Shown: positions 38,333 through 49,125, counted from the first letter of the stretch. The stretch: DNA of 64,000 nt from an uncultured Actinomycetota bacterium (GCA_963808215.1 CAWEEY010000012.1:20409-84408), one strand, 5' to 3'. Translations and numbers: made by a program. The notes: a model not told the origin generated them from the letters alone.

Positions 38333-39956
38333 TTAGCGTCTGGTAGTCCGGGCGTGGCGGCCTGGCGGCCGCCGTGCCTTTCTCCTAGGGCTGCGCTGGA
38401 ACGCGGCCGCCGCGTTCCAGCGCAGGGCCCCGGCCAGATCGCGCGCGTGCTCGGCGGCCGTGTAGTCCTGCCGGGTTCTGGTCGCTTCCAGGGCAAGGTC
38501 CAGGTCGTGGCCGTACCGCCCGAGCACTACCGAGAAGTCCCGGTGCACTGGCTCAAGCAGGTCGTAGCCGAACGAGCGGTGCATCCCGCCGAACAGCGGC
38601 CGGTACAGCCGGGTCCGCTCATGCAGGCCGGAGGAGTGCGACATCGGATTCTTGCGCCGCTCGAGGACGTATTCGGGCAGCACGCCATCGAAGGCCCGCC
38701 GCAAGATCCACTTCTCCTGTCCGTCGCGGACCTTTAGCCCGACCGGCATCCGCATCGCCAGCTCCACGACCGCTGGATCGAGGTAGGGCACGCGCGCCTC
38801 GACGCCGTGGCCCATGCTGACCCGGTCCACCCGCTGCAGCTCGGTTCGGTGCAGGTTGCCGACCATGTGCACGAGCAACTGCTGCGATGCCGCCGCTGGG
38901 GTCCGTTCGTACATCGAATAGCCGCCGAACAGCTCGTCCGATCCGTCCCCGGTGAGCACCACCTTGATGCCGAGCTTCCGGGCGCGGGCGAACAGCGGCA
39001 CCGATACGACCGCATTGATGATGTCGCCGTACTCGGTCAGCTCGGACATCCTGATCGCCTCGCGGACATCGCCAGCATGGATGTCTGCGGGGCGGACGCC
39101 GATCACCTCGTGCTGGACACCGAGGTCGCCGCACAGGCGGCGGGCATACAGCAAGTCGTCGCTGCCGGGCGCACCGATGGTCAGCGCCACGCAGTCCGGG
39201 TGCATCTGCAGGACGTGCGCCAGCACGATCGCGCTATCGAGGCCGCCGGAGAGGATCACGCCGACAGTCAGGTCTGTGTCGACGCGGACCCGGATGCTGT
39301 CCTCTACCGCCAGCCGCAGGAGCTTCGCCGCCTCGGCCGGGTCGTCGACCGGCGGGAGGTCCGCGCCCAGGCGCATCACGTCCAGGTACGGCGCCAGGAC
39401 AGGCGCTCCGCCCGCCGGCTCGGCCCAGCCGTGCTGCCCTGGCGGCACCTCCGACACTGCAGCGCCCACTGGCACCAGCGCCTTCACCTCCGAGGCCAGG
39501 TACAGCTGGTCATCGCGGCACGACCAGTACAGCGGCTTGACACCGACCGGGTCGCGCGCCAGGTAGGTGCGCCCCGTCGCCCGCTCTGCGATCGCGAGCG
39601 CGAACTCGCCGCGGAACCTGCCGACCGCCTGCTCGCCCCATTCCGCGAACGCCTCAGCCGCCACCTCGGTATCGCTCTCGGTGCGGAACTGCCGGCCCAG
39701 GCCGGACAGCTCGGCGCGCAGCTGCCGGTAGTTGAAAATCTCGCCGTTGAAGCACAGAAGCCAGCGGCCGTCGGCAGACGGCCACGGCTGCACAGCCCGT
39801 TCCCGGTCAATGATCCGAAGCCGGCGCACGCCTGCTAGCAGGCTGCTCGTCGCGGACGATCTGCTCGACCTCCCCGCGTGGCTCAAGGGCGGACAGCATC
39901 TGGCGGAGCAGGCCTTCCTCTGCTCCGGCCCCGCTGATCAGCGCGATCCCGCACAC
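38333..39956 (-). CDS. Asparagine synthase (glutamine-hydrolysing)-like amidotransferase, frame broken near 39850
   Basis: GTG-TGC (M-C-GIALISG, Ntn Cys) at 39956, in the frame of ORF 39807..40331. The rest is in ORF 38333..39886, including the SGGLDS PP-loop. Confidence 0.85.
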
Positions 39957-39961
39957 TCGGC

Positions 39962-40983
39962 TCAGCCGCCTTTCTGCTGGTCGGGGATCAGGCGCAGGGC
40001 GCGGCCGGCGCCCGGCCGGATGCAGATGTGCCAGGCCTGGCCCTCGTCGACGACATTGATCTCGCCCGCGTGCTGCCGCTCGAGCAGCACCTGCTGCAGT
40101 GCCTCCGTCGGCCTCGAACTGGCGGAACCAGTTCATCTCGATGTCGGCCGCGTACCCGACGCAGTGCGCACTGGGCAGGAGCGCCGCGTACCCGAGGTCA
40201 CGGAGATGGAGCTGATGGGTGACACTTCGCGTCAGACTGGTGACCCATAGCCGCGGCGTGCCGGGTGGCGCAAGGCCAGCGAAGTCGGCGGCGATCTGGT
40301 TGAGCAGCACGATCAGCTGGCGCGCGCGCACACGCGAACCGCAGGCCCGCCGTCTGGGGCGCGCGGCCTGGCGCGGCCTTCCGCTCAGCCGACCGGGCGG
40401 CCCTGGCCGAGGAGCGTCGAGGCCTGCCGCCGGTAGCGGAAGAGCAGCTTGCCGTCGCGCCGGAGCGCGTCAAGGTCCAGCAGGTCAGTGGCGGCCCGCA
40501 CATCGGCGTCCGCCTGGTAGGCCGGCAGGTGACCCCACCAGAGCACGTCGATCTGGGAGAGCAGCGCGATCCGGATCATCGCGGGGAGGTTTCCCGCGGA
40601 GCTGCGTGGCGCTGTGCTGGTAAGACCTGACCTCGCGCAGCACTCGCCGCTGCGCCGCGTCCGGGCCCGCTGGCGTCGCCGAGAAGATCATCGTGAACTC
40701 CGGCTCGGACAGGCGCCGGGTCGAGGACTCGCTCGGCCGCCGCTGCTCTCGGGCACTCGCCGCGAGGACCAGCTAATTCCGCCAGCAGGTCGGCTACCGC
40801 CTCGCGGTAGGCGGCGACATCAGATATCCGCCGCGCCGCCCCGGCCGACAGGTCATCTGCCGCCGGCTCCCCCTTGAGCAACCACCCCGCCACAAGCACC
40901 CCCAGGCCGCGTAAGGCCGTTGCGCCCCCAACGCTGAGAACTGAGAGTAACAGGCACACGACGTAGCGTGAGCGATGTCGCAA
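39962..40983 (-). pseudogene. LAS/M15-like (VanY-type) peptidase-domain protein with an N-terminal TM segment; at least 4 frame changes
   Basis: Pieces lie in ORFs 40576..40983, 40485..40691, 40385..40579 and 39807..40331, plus an unlisted frame. Motifs SAHCVGYAADI (SxHxxGxAxD) and EGQAWH. Confidence 0.5.
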
Positions 40984-41085
40984 AAGGCGTTCCCGGCGGG
41001 CCCCCCTGATCCGCCGGAACGTTTCCGGGCCGGCTCCGGGATCTTCCCGATGGACCAGCCGCCCGTGCGCCGGCAGGCTGGCAGG

Positions 41086-42372
41086 ATGAACTCAGCGGTT
41101 GCCTCCCCGCTTGCTCAAATCATCGACTCGGCAGATGCGCTTCGGCGCATGCTGCGCGGACGTCGGGCGCGGTCCGTCGCCTACGCCTTCCTACTTACCG
41201 AACTTGCGCTAGTCATCGGGTTCGCGATCGCATACCGGCCGTTCGACCTGAACATCTACCTGTGGGGCGGCCGCGCCGTCACCCAGGGCACGCGCTTGTA
41301 CCTGGTGCAGGCCCACGCGAACTGGTTCACCTATCCGCCGTTCGCGGCAGCAGTGTTTACGCCGCTGGCCGCACTGCCGACTGTCGTCGTCGTGCTGGCC
41401 TGGGAACTAGCGTCGGTAGCGGCGTTCGCCTGGTCATGCGTGCTCTCACTGAAGCTGGCCGGCTGGCACCCGTCAAAGGCAGTGGTGGCTGCTGTTGTCG
41501 GCGCCGGGCTTCCTGCTGGAGCCCGTGTATCACACGCTGTTCCTGGGTCAGGTCAACGTGATCCTGCTGGCCCTGGTGATGACCGATGTCTGGCGGTGCG
41601 CCCGCGGACGGGCCGCCGGTCTCGGGCGTCGGCCTGGCCGCCGCGATCAAGCTGACGCCTGCGATCTTCATCGTCTTGTTCCTGCTGACCAGGCGGACCA
41701 AGAACGCAGCTGATCGCGGCCGGCACTTTTGTGACCTGCGCGCTGGTTGGCTACCTGGTCGATCCGAGCGCGTCGCGGCTGTACTGGACGCGGCTGTTCT
41801 ACGACACGACGCGGGTCAACGCCACCTACATCAGCAACCAGTCGCCGTACGCCGCAGCCGCCAGGATCCTGGGCGGAGTCAGCCATGTTGGCCCGTGGTA
41901 CCTGGCCATCTCGCTCATTCTCGGCGCGCTCGGGCTAGCGGTGGCCACCACGCTCGCCCGGCGTGATGACTGGCTTGGCGCGGCGGCTGTCACCGGAACG
42001 ACCAGCCTGCTGGTGTGCCCCATCTCGTGGACACATCACTGGGTCTGGATCGTGCCCGCTCTGATCGTGCTGCTGCGTGGCGGTATAGCGAGCCGGATAG
42101 CTGCGGCTTGCGGTTACCTGCTCTTCGTTCTGGCCCCGATGTGGTGGACGCCGTGGTCGTGGAACACGAGCGAGTCCGGCTTCCACGGGCTGATGACCCT
42201 GACAGCGAACTGCTTCCTGATCGCGGGCCTCGCGTTCCTGGCATACATGGCCGTCTACGCCTGGCGGCCGGAGACACGGCGGTGCGACGGCAGTGCACCG
42301 GCCTCGCCGGGCGCACCGGATCTGGCGTGCCTGGTGACGTCCGCGACCGCTCGAACGTTAGTCGAGATATGA
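41086..42372 (+). pseudogene. Glycosyltransferase family 87 (DUF2029) membrane protein; at least 3 frame changes
   Basis: Pieces lie in ORFs 40975..41655, 41495..41713, 41586..41966 and 41731..42372. TYPPFAAAVFTPLA and multiple TM helices. Confidence 0.7.
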
Positions 42373-42404
42373 CTTGTCGTGATGCGCTGGACGACGTAAG
42401 CTAT

Positions 42405-42414
42405 CGATATATCG
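42405..42414. promoter_or_regulatory. Perfect AT-rich palindrome CGATATATCG upstream of the padR-family gene
   Basis: It lies 32 nt upstream of the ATG at 42446, within TATCGATATATCGTGATCGTATCG. Confidence 0.35.
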
Positions 42415-42445
42415 TGATCGTATCGCGAGAGATTGGCGGGAGCAG

Positions 42446-43177
42446 ATGACCGCAGGAGCAGCTTTCGGGGCGTGCGACCTCGACGCGGGCCTAGCCGAGG
42501 CCCTCAAGTACGCGGGTGACGTCGCGACCAGGATCCGCGGCGGTATCCGGGCAATGGCAAGCGGCCACTCCCAGGGTGGCCCGTGGGCCAGGGACTTCGG
42601 CGGAGGGCACGGCCCCGGCCACTGGGGCGGCGGCTTCGGCGGACACCGCCGGACCGCGTGGTGGCCGGGCCCGCCGAGCGCGCCTCCGCCAAAGGCGGGC
42701 CGCGGTGACGTGCGCGCAGCGATCCTCGCGCTGCTGCAAGAAGGCCCGCGGAACGGGTATCAGATAATCTCAGAGATCGCGCAGCGCAGTGCGGGTGCCT
42801 GGCGGCCGAGCCCGGGCGCCGTCTATCCCGCCCTCGCTCAGCTGGCCGACGAGGGGCTGATCACTGATGAGAAGTCCGACGGCCGGCGCACGTACAGCCT
42901 GACTGACGCCGGCCGTGAGTACATTGCCGCGAATCCGGAGAAGGCGCGCGGGGCCTGGGAGTCGGCCCACCAGCAGGAGGCCTGGCAGCTACCGGGCCTG
43001 TTCGCCGAGGCGGCGCGGCTGGGCAGCGGGATCGTACAGCTCGCCCATGCGGGGACGCCTGCCCAGGTGCGGGCAGGCCGAGCAGCTTGCTGGAGCGAGA
43101 CCCGGCGTGAGCTTTACCGGATCCTCGCCGGCGACGCGGGCAGGACGACGAAGACACATGACGAGCAGGACAACTAG
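42446..43177 (+). CDS. PadR family transcriptional regulator with a Gly-rich N-terminal extension
   Basis: GDVRAAILALLQEGPRNGYQIISEI...AVYPALAQLADEGLI. Alternative start at 42554. Confidence 0.85.
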   Translation: MTAGAAFGACDLDAGLAEALKYAGDVATRIRGGIRAMASGHSQGGPWARDFGGGHGPGHWGGGFGGHRRTAWWPGPPSAPPPKAGRGDVRAAILALLQEGPRNGYQIISEIAQRSAGAWRPSPGAVYPALAQLADEGLITDEKSDGRRTYSLTDAGREYIAANPEKARGAWESAHQQEAWQLPGLFAEAARLGSGIVQLAHAGTPAQVRAGRAACWSETRRELYRILAGDAGRTTKTHDEQDN

Positions 43178-43207
43178 GGAAGACGGGGCAGGGCAGTGAA
43201 CGAGTAC

Positions 43208-43685
43208 ATGAGGGTCTCAGACGCCGACCGCGAACGAGTCGCGGAGCGGCTGCGCGAGCATTTCGCCGCGGGCCGGCTCACCTCCGAAGAGCTGGATGAG
43301 CGAGTCGCGGCCGCACTGGGCGCCAAGACCACCGGGGAACTGCGCGCTGTGATGGCCGACCTGCCCGAGCCGACGCCCGGCTGGCCCGCAGGCCGGGCAG
43401 GGACCGTCACCGCTGGGCGGCCGCCCCGCCTATGGCTACCGGCGCGGACCGCGGCTCCTGCCGCTGGCGCTGATCTCCTGCTTTTCGCCCTCCTGCTCTT
43501 TCACGGGGGGCGGATTCTTCTTCTTCGCGCTCTTCAAGATCGTCCTGGTGCTTTTCCTGGTAGCCGGCGTAGCTGGCATCCTCACGGTGGCGCGGTTCCG
43601 CCGCCGGGCGCGCCGCTACTGGCGATCCGGCGGGCCATCAGGTCCCGGCAACCACGGGCACCATGACGAGTGGCATGGCCAGTAA
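43208..43685 (+). CDS. DUF1707 domain membrane protein, frame broken near 43430
   Basis: MRVSDADRERVAERLREHFAAGRLTSEELDERV. The TM C-terminus (FFFFALFKIVLVLFLVAGVAGILTVA) is in another frame, ending at 43685. Confidence 0.7.
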
Positions 43686-44054
43686 CCCCACCCACGGGGG
43701 CTCCGCCCCCGTGAACCCCGCGGCCCCGCGGAACCAGCTGCTCGAAGTCCTGAATGAGAGCAACCACGTCAGGTTCGCGAGCTAGATCGACCAGTCGGCA
43801 CGCGAGTTGCTCCACGCTGCCGGACCCGATACTGAGACTGGCGATAGAGCGGCGGACTTTGGCGCCAACTTGCTCGAGGACATGGGATCAGCGGGGTCGC
43901 CAATCGCAACCGCCCTGCAGGTGCAATCGGCTCTCGCGGCACTCGCGCCGTCCTTGTCCACCCGGTCCTCGCGGCCATCCGCGCGGCCCAGCCCAATCCG
44001 GCTAGAACCAGGGACGTCGCGGCCGTGTCTCAGGGCGCACCGAAGGCTGCCAGT

Positions 44055-44459
44055 TCACGGCTCGGCGGGGAACTGGTCGCCGAACATGGGCAGCTCGCTC
44101 AGGGACTCGGTGCGGGTGGCCTCGTCCTCCCACAGGTCCCAATGCTCGGCGAGCTTGCCGTCCTGTATCCGTACCACGTCGGCGGTGATCATCGCGACCG
44201 GGATGCCGGTGCCGCTGAACCGGCCGTAGAGCATTACGTGCTCGCCGTCAGCGAGGATGACCTGGTTCTCATAGCGCAGTGTCTCCGGCAGGGACTGGAT
44301 GAGGTCGAACAAGCCGTCGCGGCCGGGGCCGATGTGCGCACTGTGCTGGATGTACTCCTGCGACCAGTATCGCGCGGCCGCGCCGTAGTCGCGCTTATTG
44401 AACAGGACATCAAAGGCTTCCATGACAAAAGCCTTGTTCCGATCTTCCTCTGTTGTCAT
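44055..44459 (-). CDS. SnoaL-like / NTF2-fold protein
   Basis: Start MTTEEDRNKAFVMEAFD at 44459. ...IQDGKLAEHWD. Confidence 0.8.
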   Translation of the reverse strand: MTTEEDRNKAFVMEAFDVLFNKRDYGAAARYWSQEYIQHSAHIGPGRDGLFDLIQSLPETLRYENQVILADGEHVMLYGRFSGTGIPVAMITADVVRIQDGKLAEHWDLWEDEATRTESLSELPMFGDQFPAEP

Positions 44460-44539
44460 GCTGTCTCCCTGCCGCCGGAAACTCATCGCCGGGACCGGCG
44501 GAGCCGAACCGCCGACTTTCCCATGTCAAGGTGGCCTAC

Positions 44540-44851
44540 CTAGCCGCAATCAGCGTGCTGGGCTGGTGCCAGCTTGCCGCTGCCGTCAACTTCCGCCATG
44601 GTCTTCTGCAGCGACCTGAGCGACGCTTCGCGCATCGCCAGAGCGTCGATCTCCCTGACCAGCCGACTGTTGGGCGAGGGCTCGCCGTCCCGGCTCCTGT
44701 CTGCCTCGTCCAGGACCTCTATGCCGAAGCGAGATACCCGCTCAGCTTCGTCCAGAGCGCCCCTGAGCAGCGCGAGTTCGGTTCCGGTCACTGTGACCTG
44801 GTACCCGCCGCTGGTTAGCTCCTCCACTGTTGCCACCTGGTTAACCTCCAT
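44540..44851 (-). CDS. Hypothetical protein
   Basis: MEVNQVATVEEL... within ORF 44540..45034. No family recognised. Confidence 0.35.
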   Translation of the reverse strand: MEVNQVATVEELTSGGYQVTVTGTELALLRGALDEAERVSRFGIEVLDEADRSRDGEPSPNSRLVREIDALAMREASLRSLQKTMAEVDGSGKLAPAQHADCG

Positions 44852-45054
44852 GTCGCAGTGACTCGTTCCGGTCCCGATGCCCTCCGAGGCGCGGGCACCC
44901 TTCGCGCCCGTGACATTCATGATTCCGTTGACGCCTTCTGGAGGCATCGTGGCGAACACCCCTTCTCCAGTCGGGCCACCCGGAGTCCTGGCCCACCTGC
45001 TAACCGGAAGAGGAACGCCTGCGAATCCAGGCAAGGTGTAATGAAATTCGGCAC

Positions 45055-46611
45055 CTAGTCGGGCGCGCGGGCGTCGCGATGAGGAGCGGATGGGCTGGGT
45101 TCGGCACGCTGCGTGGCTTCGGGCTGCCCTATGCGCTGCGCCGGATCGGCGGCGAGGTCGCGGCTGGCATTCTCCGACGGCCCGGCTGCTCCGGGTGGCA
45201 GCCCCGCCGTGTTGGGGTCGTGGAGCGGCAGTGTGATCTCCACGGTGGTGCCTTCCCCGGGCGGGCTGTCTAGGCGGAGGTGGCCGCCGAGCGCTTCGGC
45301 CCGGTCTTTGAGCCCGACCAGTCCGGAGCCGTCGCGGAAGCCGGCGCCGCCGCGCCCGTTGTCGCGGACTCGGACGTGCAGGACGCCGTCGCTTTCGGCC
45401 GCCTCAATCTCCGCGGCGGTGGCGCGGGCGTGCTTGGCGGCGTTGGTCAGTGCCTCGGAGACGGTGTAATAGGCGGCGGTCTCGACTGGCTCGGGCAGCC
45501 GTCCCGCCACCTGGATGCCGAGGCGGACCGGGATGGCGGATCGGCGGGCCAGCATCTTCAGTGCCGGGCGCAGGCCGCCGTCGGCCAGGATGGCCGGGTG
45601 CAGGCCGCGGGCGATCTCACGGAGGTCCTCCAGCACGTCGTCGAGCCCGGCGGCTACTTCGTCCAGTTGTTGCACGTGATCACCTGCCCCAGGAGGTGCG
45701 GTTGCCTGGGCGGCGCGCAGGTCCAGGGCAAGGGTGACCAGGCGCTGCTGGGCGCCGTCGTGCAGGTTGCGCTCGATGCGGCGGCGGGTGGCATCCGCGG
45801 TCGCGACGATCCGCGCGCGAGAGGCGGTCAGCGCGGCCTGGGCCTCGGCGTTGGCGATCGCGGCCACGGCCAGCTCGGTGAATCCGGCCAGCCGGGCTTC
45901 GGTGCCTGCTGGCAGCGGTCCTGCGCGGGAACCCACGAGCATGATGCCCCATAGCCGCCCCTCGGCGCTGACCGGCACGCCGACAGCCGCGCGGATGCCA
46001 AAGTCGCGGGCGGCCTCGGCGACCTGGCCCGAGACGACGGTGTAGTCGTCGATCCGCGCCGGCCGACGGGTCTCGAACACCATTGCCTGCATGTTCCGCC
46101 CGCCGAGCCGTGCAGTGGCGCCGACGGGAAAGGCTGCGCCGGTGCTGCTCCAGGTGGCAACTACCGTTATCGTGCCGTCGGGGTCGTACCGGTTCATCGT
46201 CGCGTAATCGGCGTGCAGTAGCCGGCCGGCTTCCCCGGTGACCGCGGTGAGCACTTCGGCCGGCGGCGCCGCCTGGGCGACCAGCGTTGCCACCCGGCGC
46301 AGCGCGGCCTCGGTCCAGGGGCCGTCTTTGTCCGGGACTTCGATCCGGGCGTAGTGGTCTGGGTTAACGGTGGCGCGGATGTGCTCGGTGCCGCCGCGAT
46401 GGGTGACCTCGGTAGTGCGTGGTCCAATGGTTCTGGGTGCTGGCGTGGTGAAGCCCAGCGGGATCCGCCCGTCCAGGTGCAGGCAGGAGGCAACCCCGAC
46501 CGTGGCTGCCGCGGCGAGCAGGCCGAGGGCGACGCCGCGATCCACCCCCGCGCGGCGCGGCCCTGGCTCGGTGGCCGTGATGCCCCGGCCGGTTCGAGTA
46601 ACACTGCGCAT
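45055..46611 (-). CDS. GAF-domain sensor histidine kinase (HisKA_3/NarL-type + HATPase_c)
   Basis: Intact 518-aa ORF. The GAF is paralogous to the repeats at 1-1431. H-box NLHDGAQQRL. ATPase domain G-box motif DNGRGG. Confidence 0.9.
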   Translation of the reverse strand: MRSVTRTGRGITATEPGPRRAGVDRGVALGLLAAAATVGVASCLHLDGRIPLGFTTPAPRTIGPRTTEVTHRGGTEHIRATVNPDHYARIEVPDKDGPWTEAALRRVATLVAQAAPPAEVLTAVTGEAGRLLHADYATMNRYDPDGTITVVATWSSTGAAFPVGATARLGGRNMQAMVFETRRPARIDDYTVVSGQVAEAARDFGIRAAVGVPVSAEGRLWGIMLVGSRAGPLPAGTEARLAGFTELAVAAIANAEAQAALTASRARIVATADATRRRIERNLHDGAQQRLVTLALDLRAAQATAPPGAGDHVQQLDEVAAGLDDVLEDLREIARGLHPAILADGGLRPALKMLARRSAIPVRLGIQVAGRLPEPVETAAYYTVSEALTNAAKHARATAAEIEAAESDGVLHVRVRDNGRGGAGFRDGSGLVGLKDRAEALGGHLRLDSPPGEGTTVEITLPLHDPNTAGLPPGAAGPSENASRDLAADPAQRIGQPEATQRAEPSPSAPHRDARAPD

Positions 46612-46631
46612 CTGCTGTCCCCCTTGTTCAG

Positions 46632-46826
46632 CTAGTGCCGGGCGGGCCGGTGTCTGGCCATCCCGACCAGGTCGCGCGCGTTGGCCGCAGTGCCGACCAC
46701 GTCGAACCCGGCGTCATGGAGGACGTGCACGATCCCTTCCCGGACGAAGGGCCGTCGCGCGCGCCCGCCGTGGTATTTGCGGGAGTCGGCATGAAGATCT
46801 CCTATTGTTTTGTCTTTTGCGGTCAC
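46632..46826 (-). pseudogene. Truncated N-terminal remnant of a NarL/LuxR-type response-regulator receiver domain
   Basis: ...FVREGIVHVLHDAGFDVVGTAANARDLVGMARHRP, then a stop after about 64 codons. No receiver C-terminal half or HTH follows. Confidence 0.45.
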
Positions 46827-48409
46827 CGCGGTTGTGCCGGCTCGGCGGCCACGGCGGGTGCCGGTTGCTGGGCGCCGGCGAGGTCGGCGCGCCGGACCCG
46901 GATCGCGGCGAAGTTGATGATCAGGGTGAGCAGCGCGATCCCGGCGGCGACCAGGAACCCGCGGCCGAACCCGGTGGCGAGGGCATGGTTGTAGATCGCT
47001 GCGGCCAGCGGCCCGCCCGGGTGCACCGGGTGCCCGGCCCGCGCGGCAGCGGCGGCGGCGTGGGCGGCCTGGGCGTGGCTGCTGTGGGCGACGACGGTCC
47101 AGGCGACGGTGCCGAGCACCGCAAGGCCGATGGAGCCGCCGGCTTGCTGGCCGGTGTTGAGCAGGCTGGAGGCCACGCCGGAGTCGGCTTCGGCGACGCG
47201 GTTCAGCGCGACCAGGGACAGCGTGACGAACAGCAGGGCGGCGCCGGCTCCGATGACCATGGTCGGGCCGAGCACCCCGCTGGCGTAGGTGTCGTGCTCG
47301 CTGATCCGGGACAGCCAGTACAGGCCGCCGGCGGCGGCCGCGGAGCCGGAGAGCAGTAGCGGGCGGGCGCCGATCCGGGGCACGAGCTGGGTGACGGCCC
47401 CGGCTCCGATGAGGAGGGCTGCGGTAAACGGGAGGTAGGCGACGCCGGTCTTCAGGGCGGAGTATCCCCAGACGGCCTGCATGAACACGGTGAGGAAGAA
47501 GAACATGCCGAAGATGAAGATGCCCACCCCGGCGTAGCTCAGGTAGGCGCCGGTGCGGTTGCGGTCGCGCAGCAGCCGTACCGGCAGCAGGGCCTGCGCG
47601 CTGCGGGTCTCGATCACCGCGAACGCGGCGAGCAGCACAGCGGCGGCGGCGAGCGAGGCGAGGACCTTGGCGTCACCCCAGTGGGAGACGCCGTTGGGGC
47701 TGGCGGCGGCGCTGACCAGGCCGTAGACCAGGGCGGCGATGCCGCCGGTGCCGGTGATGGCGCCGGGCAGGTCGAACCGGCCGCGGCGGCGCGGCGACTC
47801 GGCCAGCACCCGCGGTGCGGCCAGCGCGACCGCGGCGCCGATGGGCACGTTGACGAACAGCACCCACCGCCACGAGGCGTAGGTGGTCAGCAGGCCGCCG
47901 CCGAGCAGGCCGATCGCGCCGCCGGCGATGCTCATCGCGGCGTACACGCCGAAAGCCCGGGTACGCGGCGGGCCCTCGGGAAAGGTGGTGGTGATCAGCG
48001 ACAGCGCGGCCGGGGCGACCAGCGCCCCGCCGACGCCCTGCACCGCGCGGGCCGCGAGCAAAAAGGCCTGGCTGTCGGCGAACCCGCCGGCGAGGGAGGC
48101 GGCGGAGAACAGCAGCAGCCCGGCGATGAACATCTTCCGGCGGCCGAGCAGGTCCCCGGCCCGGCCGCCGAGCAGCAGCAGCCCGCCGAAGGTCAGCGCG
48201 TAGGCGTTGACCACCCATTCCAGGCCGGACCCGGAAAAGCCGAGCGCCCGCTGGATGTGCGGGAGGGCGACGTTGACGATGGTGGCGTCCAGCACCACCA
48301 TCAGCTGCGCGGTGGCGAGGACCAGCAGGGCCAGGCCCAGGCGCGGGCCGCCGGCGGCCACACCGCCCGGCGCGGTCGCCCGGGTGGCCCTGGATCGTGT
48401 TTCGGACAT
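46823..48409 (-). CDS. MFS transporter, DHA2 (EmrB/QacA, 14-TM) family
   Basis: Intact 528-aa ORF. LMVVLDATIVNVALP and GRAGDLLGRRK motifs. Confidence 0.9.
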   Translation of the reverse strand: MSETRSRATRATAPGGVAAGGPRLGLALLVLATAQLMVVLDATIVNVALPHIQRALGFSGSGLEWVVNAYALTFGGLLLLGGRAGDLLGRRKMFIAGLLLFSAASLAGGFADSQAFLLAARAVQGVGGALVAPAALSLITTTFPEGPPRTRAFGVYAAMSIAGGAIGLLGGGLLTTYASWRWVLFVNVPIGAAVALAAPRVLAESPRRRGRFDLPGAITGTGGIAALVYGLVSAAASPNGVSHWGDAKVLASLAAAAVLLAAFAVIETRSAQALLPVRLLRDRNRTGAYLSYAGVGIFIFGMFFFLTVFMQAVWGYSALKTGVAYLPFTAALLIGAGAVTQLVPRIGARPLLLSGSAAAAGGLYWLSRISEHDTYASGVLGPTMVIGAGAALLFVTLSLVALNRVAEADSGVASSLLNTGQQAGGSIGLAVLGTVAWTVVAHSSHAQAAHAAAAAARAGHPVHPGGPLAAAIYNHALATGFGRGFLVAAGIALLTLIINFAAIRVRRADLAGAQQPAPAVAAEPAQPR

Positions 48410-48473
48410 GACGGTTTCTCCCTAGGGTTGATTCGCTGTTCGGGGCGGCGCGGGCTGAGTCCCGCCCGGCGCC

Positions 48474-49125
48474 TCAGATGGCGGGTGCGGGCCTGGCGAG
48501 TGCTGCGGCGAAGAGCGGCTCCAGGGCGCGGCGGGCGATCTCGGTGTCGCCGTCGACCCTGCTGTCCCCGACGGCGTCGGTCACGGTCGTCTGGCCAGTC
48601 ATGAGGCTGTAGAAGGTGTCGGCGGACATGGTGACCACCGCGTCGCCATCCGGCGCCGGCCAGCGGCGGACGGTGAGCTTGCCGGCGTCGGAGCTGAGGT
48701 AGAAGCTCTCCGGTCCTACCCGGAGCTCGCACGTCTGCCCGGCGGGCAGTGCGCTCGGCCGGCGCGCCGGCCAGCAGTGCCCAGCCGGGCTGGCCCGCGT
48801 CGTCCTGGGACGGTTCCGGTCCGTAGCGCAGGCCCCAGTCCAGCAGCTCTTTGAGTGCGGGCTGCAGCGCCCGGCCGGCCTCGGTCAGCTCGTACACGGT
48901 CACGTCGGTCGGTGCCGGGAGGGTGCGCCGGGTGATGACGCCGGCGGCCTGCAGGTCCTTCAGGCGCGCTGCCAGGACGTTGCTGGGGATGCCCGGCAGG
49001 CCTGTGGCGAGGTCGCGGTAACGGCGCGGGCCCAGAATCAGCTCCCGCACGAGCAGGAGGCTCCACCGTTCGCCGACGACGTCCAGGGCTCTGGCGATGG
49101 TGCATGCCTGCCCGTAACTCTTCAT
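48474..49125 (-). CDS. HxlR-type winged-helix regulator with an SCP2-like C-terminal extension, frame broken near 48765
   Basis: CTIARALDVVGERWSLLLVREL... is in ORF 48301..49125. The C-terminus (CELRVGPESFYLSSDAGKLTV...DTEIARRALEPLF) is in another frame, ending at 48474. Confidence 0.75.

Noticed and set aside
38807-39838. 343-aa plus-strand ORF, and similarly 60353..61405
   Set aside because: They are antisense to the AsnB-like gene and the esterase gene respectively. Both of those genes carry clear catalytic motifs.
38333-39956. Possibility that the AsnB-like gene is a lasso-peptide cyclase in a RiPP cluster
   Set aside because: The protein keeps the N-terminal Cys of class II glutamine amidotransferases. 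No PqqD-like RRE, transglutaminase-like protease or short precursor ORF is adjacent. The neighbours are envelope-type genes.
43582-43815. 77-aa minus-strand ORF (VEQLACRLVDLAREPDVVALIQDFEQL...)
   Set aside because: It is short, uses a GTG start with no SD, and has a Gly-rich tail with no family match. It may be a fragment.
46370-48604. Plus-strand ORFs 46370..47359 and 47681..48604
   Set aside because: They are antisense to the GAF kinase N-terminus and the DHA2 MFS transporter. Both are Gly/Arg/Asp-rich low complexity.
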